Shown piece by piece: positions 54,501-64,000 of a stretch of DNA of 64,000 nt (position 1 is its first letter; every line of letters starts with the position of its first letter). The DNA lies in assembly GCF_964355755.1 (NCBI RefSeq), contig NC_092680.1, forward strand, positions 17,989,045-18,053,044, written 5' to 3'. Made by a program: the position numbers and the translations under genes. This DNA is from Antedon mediterranea (Eukaryota > Animalia > Echinodermata). Under the pieces are notes generated by a model. That model saw only the letters and a list, made by a program, of their open reading frames with translations, had not been told where the DNA came from and searched no databases.

Positions 54501-57500
54501 AGAAAAAAAAATTATGACTTAGACATTTTTGTTATGAGGCTGTCGATATCATCTATATACAAAAAATGCTACCTTTAAGTAACAAATTTAATAGCATCAG
54601 CTCTTCAGATTAAAATTAACACTGATGATTTTAGAAAAGGAAAGTAGCAATAAAAGAGGAAGAATTTGTAACAAATGGGTTAAAAAATATAGTATAAAAA
54701 TGTATTTATTATTTTATTTAAAAAATCATGAGTCTCCTCTCCTTAATTGCCTAAGTCACACAGCTGACTTAGGCAGAAACACAAAAAATATAGTATATTG
54801 ATATAAGCAGTGAGTTAGGCAGATCATAAGTCAGCTCTTCTTAATTGCCAAAGTCACACAGCTGACTTAGGCAGAAACACAAAAAAATATAGTATATTGA
54901 TATAAGCAGTAAGTTAGGCAGATCATAAGTTAGCTCTCCTTAATTGCCTAAGTCACACAGCTGACTTAGGCAGAAACACAATAAAAAATATAGTATATTA
55001 ATATAAGCAGTGAGTGAGGCAGATCATAAGTCAGCTCTCCTTAATTGCCTAAGTCACACAGCTGACTTGGGCAGAAACACAAACAATATAGTATATTGAT
55101 ATAAGCAGTGAGTTAGGCAGATCATAAGTCAGCTCTTCTTAATTGCCTAAGTCACACAGCTGACTTAGGCAGAAACACAACAAGTATAGTATATTGATAT
55201 AAGCAGTGAGTTAGGCAGAAAAACCAAAAACAAATTATGACTTAGATACTTTTGTTATGAGACTGTCGATATCATCTATACACAAAAAATGCTACCTTTA
55301 AGTAACAAAATTTAATATCATTAGCTCTTCAGATTAAAATTAACACAGATGATTTTAGAAAAAGAAAGTAGCAGTGAGTTAGCCAGAAAAAAAAAATTAT
55401 GACTTAGACATTTTTGTTATGAGGCTGTCGATATCATCTATATACAAAAAATGCTACCTTTAAGTAACAAATTTAATAGCATCAGCTCTTCAGATTAAAA
55501 TTAACACTGATGATTTTAGAAAAGGAAAGTAGCAATAAAAGAGAAAGAATTTGTAACAAATGGGTTAAAAAATATACTATAAAAATGTATTTCTTATTTT
55601 ATTTAAAAAATCATGGGTCTCCTCTCCTTAATTGCCTAAGTCACACAGCTGACTTAGGCAGAAACACAAAAAAACGATCTGAGCATGTGCAAATGTATAT
55701 AAAAACACTCAGATAATGTACAGAAGGCAGTATAAAGATATAAGCAGTGAGTTAGGAAGATCATAAGTCAGCTCTTCTTAATTGCCTAAGTCACACATCT
55801 GACTTAGGCAGAAACACAACAAGTATAGTATATTGATATAAGCAGTGAGTTAGGCAGAAAAACCAAAAACAAATTATGACTTAGACACTTTTGTTATGAG
55901 GCTGTCGATATCATCTATATACAAAAAATGCTACCTTTAAGTAACAAAATTTAATAGCATTAGCTCTTCAGATTAAAATTAACACAGATGATTTTAGAAA
56001 AAGAAAGTAGCAGTGAGTTAGGCAGGAAAAAAAATTATGACTTAGACATTTTTGTTATGAGGCTGTCGATATCATCTATATACAAAAAATGCTACCTTTA
56101 AGTAACAAATTTAATAGCATCAGCTCTTCAGATTAAAATTAACACTGATGATTTTAGAAAAGGAAAGTAGCAATAAAAGAGAAAGAATTTGTAACAAATG
56201 GGTTAAAAAATATACTATAAAAATGTATTTCTTATTTTATTTAAAAAATCATGAGTCTCCTCTCCTTAATTGCATAAGTCACACTGCTGACTTAGGCAGA
56301 AACAAAAAAAAAAACGATCTGAGCATGTGCAAATGTATATAAAAACACGCAGATAATGTACAGAGGGCAGTATAAAGATATAAGCAGTGAGTTAGGCAGA
56401 TCATAAGTCAGCTCTCCTTAATTGCCTAAGTCACTCATCTGACTTAGGCAGAAACACAACAAAATATAGTATATTGATATAAGCAGTGAGTTAGGCAGAT
56501 CATAAGTCAGCTCTCCTTAATTGCCTAAGTCACACAGCTGACTTGGGCAGAAACACAAAAAATATAGTATATTGATATAAGCAGTTAGTTAGGCAGATCA
56601 TAAGTCAGCTCTCCTTAATTGCCTAAGTCACACAGCTGACTTAGGCAGAAACACAATAAAAAATATAGTATATTAATATAAGCAGTGAGTTAGGTAGATC
56701 ATAAGTCAGCTCTCCTTAATTGCCTAAGTCACACAGCTGACTTAGGCAGAAACACAACAAGTATAGTATATTGATATAAGCAGTGAGTTAGGCAGAAAAA
56801 AAAATTATGACTTAGACACTTTTGTTATGAGGCTGTCGATATCATCTATATACAATAAATGCTACCTTTAAGTAACAAAATTTAATAGCATTAGCTCTTC
56901 AGATTAAAATTAACACTGATGATTTTAGAAAAGGAAAGTAGCAATAAAAGAGAAAGAATTTATAACAAATGGGTTAAAAAATATACTATAAAAATGTATT
57001 TCTTATTTTATTTAAAAAATCATCGGTCTCCTCTCCTTAATTGCCTAAGTCACACAGCTGACTTAGGCAGAAACACAAAAAAACGATCTGAGCATGTGCA
57101 AATGTATATATAAACACTCAGATAATGTACAGAAGGCAGTATAAAGATATAAGCAGTGAGTTAGGAAGATGATAAGTCAGCTCTTCTTAATTGCCTAAGT
57201 CACACATCTGACTTAGGCAGAAACACAAAAAATATAGTATATTGATATAAGCAGTGAATTAGGCAGATCATAAGTCAGCTCTCCTTAATTGCCTAAGTCA
57301 CACAGCTGACTTAGGCAGAAACACAAAAAATATAGTATATTGATATAAGCAGTGAGTTAGGCAGAAAAACCAAAAACAAATTATGACTTAGACACTTTTG
57401 TTATGAGGCTGTCGATATCATCTATATACAAAAAATGCTACCTTTAAGTAACAAAATTTAATAGCATTAGCTCTTCAGATTAAAATTAACACAGATGATT

Positions 57501-60500
57501 TTAGAAAAAGAAAGTAGCAGTGAGTTAGGCAGAAAAAAAAATTATGACTTAGACATTTTTGTTATGAGGCTGTCGATATCATCTATATACAAAAAATGCT
57601 ACCTTTAAGTAACAAATTTAATAGCATCAGCTCTTCAGATTAAAATTAACACTGATGATTTTAGAAAAGGAAAGTAGCAATAAAAGAGAAAGAATTTGTA
57701 ACAAATGGGTTAAAAAATATACTATAAAAATGTATTTCTTATTTTATTTAAAAAATCATGAGTCTCCTCTCCTTAATTGCCTAAGTCACACTGCTGACTT
57801 AGGCAGAAACACAAAAAAATCGATCTGAGCATGTGCAAATGTATATAAAAACACGCAGATAATGTACAGAGGGCAGTATAAAGATATAAGCAGTGAGTTA
57901 GGCAGACCATAAGTCAGCTCTCCTTAATTGCCTAAGTCACTCATCTGACTTAGGCAGAAACACAACAAAATATAGTATATTGATATAAGCAGTGAGTTAG
58001 GCAGATCATAAGTCAGCTCTCCTTAATTGCCTAAGTCACACAGCTGACTTGGGCAGAAACACAAAAAATATAGTATATTGATATAAGCAGTTAGTTAGGC
58101 AGATCATAAGTCAGCTCTCCTTAATTGCCTAAGTCACACAGCTGACTTAGGCAGAAACACAATAAAAAATATAGTATATTAATATAAGCAGTGAGTTAGG
58201 CAGATCATAAGTCAGCTCTCCTTAATTGCCTAAGTCACACAGCTGACTTGGGCAGAAACACAAACAATATAGTATATTGATATAAGCAGTGAGTTAGGCA
58301 GATCATAAGTCAGCTCTTCTTAATTGCCTAAGTCACACAGCTGACTTAGGCAGAAACACAACAAGTATAGTATATTGATATAAGCAGTGAGTTAGGCAGA
58401 AAAACCAAAAACAAATTATGACTTAGATACTTTTGTTATGAGACTGTCGATATCATCTATACACAAAAAATGCTACCTTTAAGTAACAAAATTTAATATC
58501 ATTAGCTCTTCAGATTAAAATTAACACAGATGATTTTAGAAAAAGAAAGTAGCAGTGAGTTAGCCAGAAAAAAAAAATTATGACTTAGACATTTTTGTTA
58601 TGAGGCTGTCGATATCATCTATATACAAAAAATGCTACCTTTAAGTAACAAATTTAATAGCATCAGCTCTTCAGATTAAAATTAACACTGATGATTTTAG
58701 AAAAGGAAAGTAGCAATAAAAGAGAAAGAATTTGTAACAAATGGGTTAAAAAATATACTATAAAAATGTATTTCTTATTTTATTTAAAAAATCATGGGTC
58801 TCCTCTCCTTAATTGCCTAAGTCACACAGCTGACTTAGGCAGAAACACAAAAAAACGATCTGAGCATGTGCAAATGTATATAAAAACACTCAGATAATGT
58901 ACAGAAGGCAGTATAAAGATATAAGCAGTGAGTTAGGAAGATCATAAGTCAGCTCTTCTTAATTGCCTAAGTCACACATCTGACTTAGGCAGAAACACAA
59001 CAAGTATAGTATATTGATATAAGCAGTGAGTTAGGCAGAAAAACCAAAAACAAATTATGACTTAGACACTTTTGTTATGAGGCTGTCGATATCATCTATA
59101 TACAAAAAATGCTACCTTTAAGTAACAAAATTTAATAGCATTAGCTCTTCAGATTAAAATTAACACAGATGATTTTAGAAAAAGAAAGTAGCAGTGAGTT
59201 AGGCAGGAAAAAAAATTATGACTTAGACATTTTTGTTATGAGGCTGTCGATATCATCTATATACAAAAAATGCTACCTTTAAGTAACAAATTTAATAGCA
59301 TCAGCTCTTCAGATTAAAATTAACACTGATGATTTTAGAAAAGGAAAGTAGCAATAAAAGAGAAAGAATTTGTAACAAATGGGTTAAAAAATATACTATA
59401 AAAATGTATTTCTTATTTTATTTAAAAAATCATGAGTCTCCTCTCCTTAATTGCATAAGTCACACTGCTGACTTAGGCAGAAACAAAAAAAAAAACGATC
59501 TGAGCATGTGCAAATGTATATAAAAACACGCAGATAATGTACAGAGGGCAGTATAAAGATATAAGCAGTGAGTTAGGCAGATCATAAGTCAGCTCTCCTT
59601 AATTGCCTAAGTCACTCATCTGACTTAGGCAGAAACACAACAAAATATAGTATATTGATATAAGCAGTGAGTTAGGCAGATCATAAGTCAGCTCTCCTTA
59701 ATTGCCTAAGTCACACAGCTGACTTGGGCTGAAACACAAAAAATATAGTATATTGATATAAGCAGTTAGTTAGGCAGATCATAAGTCAGCTCTCCTTAAT
59801 TGCCTAAGTCACACAGCTGACTTAGGCAGAAACACAATAAAAAATATAGTATATTAATATAAGCAGTGAGTTAGGTAGATCATAAGTCAGCTCTCCTTAA
59901 TTGCCTAAGTCACACAGCTGACTTAGGCAGAAACACAACAAGTATAGTATATTGGTATAAGCAGTGAGTTAGGCAGAAAAAAAAATTATGACTTAGACAC
60001 TTTTGTTATGAGGCTGTCGATATCATCTATATACAATAAATGCTACCTTTAAGTAACAAAATTTAATAGCATTAGCTCTTCAGATTAAAATTAACACTGA
60101 TGATTTTAGAAAAGGAAAGTAGCAATAAAAGAGAAAGAATTTATAACAAATGGGTTAAAAAATATACTATAAAAATGTATTTCTTATTTTATTTAAAAAA
60201 TCATCGGTCTCCTCTCCTTAATTGCCTAAGTCACACAGCTGACTTAGGCAGAAACACAAAAAAACGATCTGAGCATGTGCAAATGTATATATAAACACTC
60301 AGATAATGTACAGAAGGCAGTATAAAGATATAAGCAGTGAGTTAGGAAGATGATAAGTCAGCTCTTCTTAATTGCCTAAGTCACACATCTGACTTAGGCA
60401 GAAACACAAAAAATATAGTATATTGATATAAGCAGTGAATTAGGCAGATCATAAGTCAGCTCTCCTTAATTGCCTAAGTCACACAGCTGACTTAGGCAGA

Positions 60501-63500
60501 AACACAAAAAATATAGTATATTGATATAAGCAGTGAGTTAGGCAGAAAAACCAAAAACAAATTATGACTTAGACACTTTTGTTATGAGGCTGTCGATATC
60601 ATCTATATACAAAAAATGCTACCTTTAAGTAACAAAATTTAATAGCATTAGCTCTTCAGATTAAAATTAACACAGATGATTTTAGAAAAAGAAAGTAGCA
60701 GTGAGTTAGGCAGAAAAAAAAATTATGACTTAGACATTTTTGTTATGAGGCTGTCGATATCATCTATATACAAAAAATGCTACCTTTAAGTAACAAATTT
60801 AATAGCATCAGCTCTTCAGATTAAAATTAACACTGATGATTTTAGAAAAGGAAAGTAGCAATAAAAGAGAAAGAATTTGTAACAAATGGGTAAAAAAAAT
60901 ATACTATAAAAATGTATTTCTTATTTTATTTAAAAAATCATGAGTCTCCTCTCCTTAATTGCCTAAGTCACACTGCTGACTTAGGCAGAAACACAAAAAA
61001 ATCGATCTGAGCATGTGCAAATGTATATAAAAACACGCAGATAATGTACAGAGGGCAGTATAAAGATATAAGCAGTGAGTTAGGCAGACCATAAGTCAGC
61101 TCTCCTTAATTGCCTAAGTCACTCATCTGACTTAGGCAGAAACACAACAAAATATAGTATATTGATATAAGCAGTGAGTTAGGCAGATCATAAGTCAGCT
61201 CTCCTTAATTGCCTAAGTCACACAGCTGACTTGGGCAGAAACACAAAAAATATAGTATATTGATATAAGCAGTTAGTTAGGCAGATCATAAGTCAGCTCT
61301 CCTTAATTGCCTAAGTCACACAGCTGACTTAGGCAGAAACACAATAAAAAATATAGTATATTAATATAAGCAGTGAGTTAGGTAGATCATAAGTCAGCTC
61401 TCCTTAATTGCCTAAGTCACACAGCTGACTTAGGCAGAAACACAACAAGTATAGTATATTGATATAAGCAGTGAGTTAGGCAGAAAAAAAAATTATGACT
61501 TAGACACTTTTGTTATGAGGCTGTCGATATCATCTATATACAATAAATGCTACCTTTAAGTAACAAAATTTAATAGCATTAGCTCTTCAGATTAAAATTA
61601 ACACTGATGATTTTAGAAAAGGAAAGTAGCAATAAAAGAGAAAGAATTTATAACAAATGGGTTAAAAAATATACTATAAAAATGTATTTCTTATTTTATT
61701 AAAAAAATCATCGGTCTCCTCTCCTTAATTGCCTAAGTCACACAGCTGACTTAGGCAGAAACACAAAAAAACGATCTGAGCATGTGCAAATGTATATAAA
61801 AACACTCAGATAATGTACAGAAGGCAGTATAAAGATATAAGCAGTGAGTTAGGAAGATGATAAGTCAGCTCTTCTTAATTTCCTAAGTCACACATCTGAC
61901 TTAGGCAGAAACACAAAAATTATAGTATATTGATATAAGCAGTGAATTAGGCAGATCATAAGTCAGCTCTCCTTAAGTGCCTAAGTCACACAACTGACTT
62001 AGGCAGAAACACAAAAAAAACGATCTGAGCATGTGCAAATGTATATAAAAACACTCAGATAATGTACAGAAGGCAGTTTAAAGATATAAGCAGTGAGTTA
62101 GGAAGATCATAAGTCAGCTCTTCTTAATTGCCTAAGTCACACATCTGACTTAGGCAGAAACACAAAAAATATAGTATATTGATTTAAGCAGTGAGTTAGG
62201 CAGATCATAAGTCAGCTCTTCTTAATTGCCTAAGTCACACAGCTGACTTAGGCAGAAACACAAAAAAAAATATAGTATATTGATATAAGCAGTGAATTAG
62301 GCAGATCATAAGTCAGCTCTCCTTAATTACCTAAGTCACACAGCTGACTTAGGTAGAAACACAAAAAATATAGTATATTGATATAAGCAGTGAGTTAGGC
62401 AGATCATAAGTCAGCTCTTCTTAATTGCTTAAGTCACACAGCTGACTTAGGCAGAAACACAAAAAAATATAGTATATTGATATAAGCAGTGAGTTAGGCA
62501 GATCATAAGTCAGCTCTCCTTAATTGCCTAAGTCACACAGCTGACTTAGGCAGAAACACAAAAAAATATAGTATATTGATATAAGCAGTGAGTTAGGCAG
62601 ATCATAAGTCAGCTCTCCTTAATTGCCTAAGTCACACAGCTGACTTGGGCAGAAACACAAAAAATATAGTATATTGATATAAGCAGTGAGTTAGGCAGAT
62701 CATAAGTCAGCTCTCCTTAATTGCCTAAGTCACACAGCTGACTTAGGCAGAAACACAACAAGTATAGTATATTGATATAAGCAGTGAGTTAGGCAGAAAA
62801 ACCAAAAACAAATTATGACTTAGACACTTTTGCTATGAGGCTGTCGATATCATCTATATACACAAAATGCTACCTTTAAGTAACAAAATTTAATAGCATT
62901 AGCTCTTCAGATTAAAATTAACACAGATGATTTTAGAAAAAGAAAGTAGCAGTGAGTTAGGCAGAAAAAAAAATTATGACTTAGACATTTTTGTTATGAG
63001 GCTATCGATATCATCTATATACAAAAAATGCTACCTTTAAGTAACAAATCTAATAGCATCAGCTCTTCAGATTAAAATTAACACTGATGATTTTAGAAAA
63101 GGAAAGTAGCAATAAAAGAGAAAGAATTTGTAACAAATGGGTTAAAAAATATACTATAAAAATGTATTTCTTATTTTATTTAAAAATTCATGAGTCTCCT
63201 CTCCTTAATTGCCTAAGTCACACAGCTGACTTAGGCAGAAACACAAAAAAAACGATCTGAGCATGTGTAAATGTATATAAAAACACGCAGATAATGTACA
63301 GAGGGCAGTATAAAGATATAAGCAGTGAGTTAGGCAGATCATAAGTCAGCTCTCCTTAATTGCCTAAGTCACTCATCTGACTTAGGCAGAAACACAACAA
63401 AATATAGTATATTGATATAAGCAGTGAGTTAGGCAGATCATAAGTCAGCTCTCCTTAATTGCCTAAGTCACTCATCTGACTTAGGCAGAAACACAACAAA

Positions 63501-64000
63501 ATATAGTATATTGATATAAGCAGTGAGTTAGGCAGATCATAAGTCAGCTCTCCTTAATTGCCTAAGTCACACAGCTGACTTGGGCAGAAACACAAAAAAT
63601 ATAGTATATTGATATAAGCAGTGAGTTAGGCAGATCATAAGTCAGCTCTCCTTAATTGCCTAAGTCACACAGCTGACTTAGGCAGAAACACAACAAGTAT
63701 AGTATATTGATATAAGCAGTGAGTTACGCAGAAAAACCAAAAACAAATTATGACTTAGACACTTTTGTTATGAGGCTGTCGATATCATCTATATACAAAA
63801 AATTCTACCTTTAAGTAACAAAATTTAATAGCATTAGCTCTTCAGATTAAAATTAACACAGATGATTTTAGAAAAAGAAGTAGCAGTGAGTTAGGCAGAA
63901 AAAAAAAATTATGACTTAGACATTTTTGTTATGAGGCTGTCGATATCATCTATATACAAAAAATGCTACCTGTAAGTAACAAATTTAATAGCATCAGCTC
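51580..64000. repeat. Complex modular satellite: 98-bp hairpin monomers interspersed with 2-3 other modules; higher-order repeats; runs off window
   Basis: Monomer period 98 (52623 to 52721); ORF triplet 55510/56148/56919 recurs exactly 3181 bp later (58691/59329/60100). Confidence 0.95.

Noticed and set aside
52364-60294. Recurrent MILEKESSNKR ORFs
   Set aside because: Short frames arising from satellite modules, variably broken between copies; no domain or splice signals.
52030-64000. CRISPR-like look of regularly spaced hairpin repeats
   Set aside because: Intervening sequences are themselves repeated rather than unique spacers; eukaryotic context and no cas genes.

Overview
AT-rich metazoan genomic DNA, read by eye without database searches. 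A Deu-type SINE, Harbinger/Kolobok elements and Helentron-like elements suggest a marine invertebrate, possibly an echinoderm (inference). (1) 1-7.7 kb: last ten coding exons of mitochondrial Lon protease (LONP1, + strand). Three consecutive introns each host a box C/D snoRNA whose guide predicts 2'-O-methylation of U6 snRNA C60 (SNORD67-like). A 60-bp tandem repeat follows the stop codon. (2) 8-13 kb: nest of transposon remnants, including a THAP-remnant Kolobok-like element and an orphan copy of the lectin promoter. (3) 13.4-46.8 kb: tandem array of five minus-strand genes encoding signal peptide + non-canonical C-type lectin domain + PAN/Apple-like module, joined by phase-1 introns. Three genes lie in near-identical ~8 kb tandem duplications punctuated by Helentron-like elements with 4-17 internal 137-bp repeats. 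Amino-acid changes cluster in the predicted ligand-binding loop. (4) 47-51.5 kb: Harbinger derivative with a Myb/SANT ORF, plus foldback repeats. (5) 51.6-64 kb: modular satellite with a 98-bp hairpin monomer and a 3181-bp higher-order duplication.
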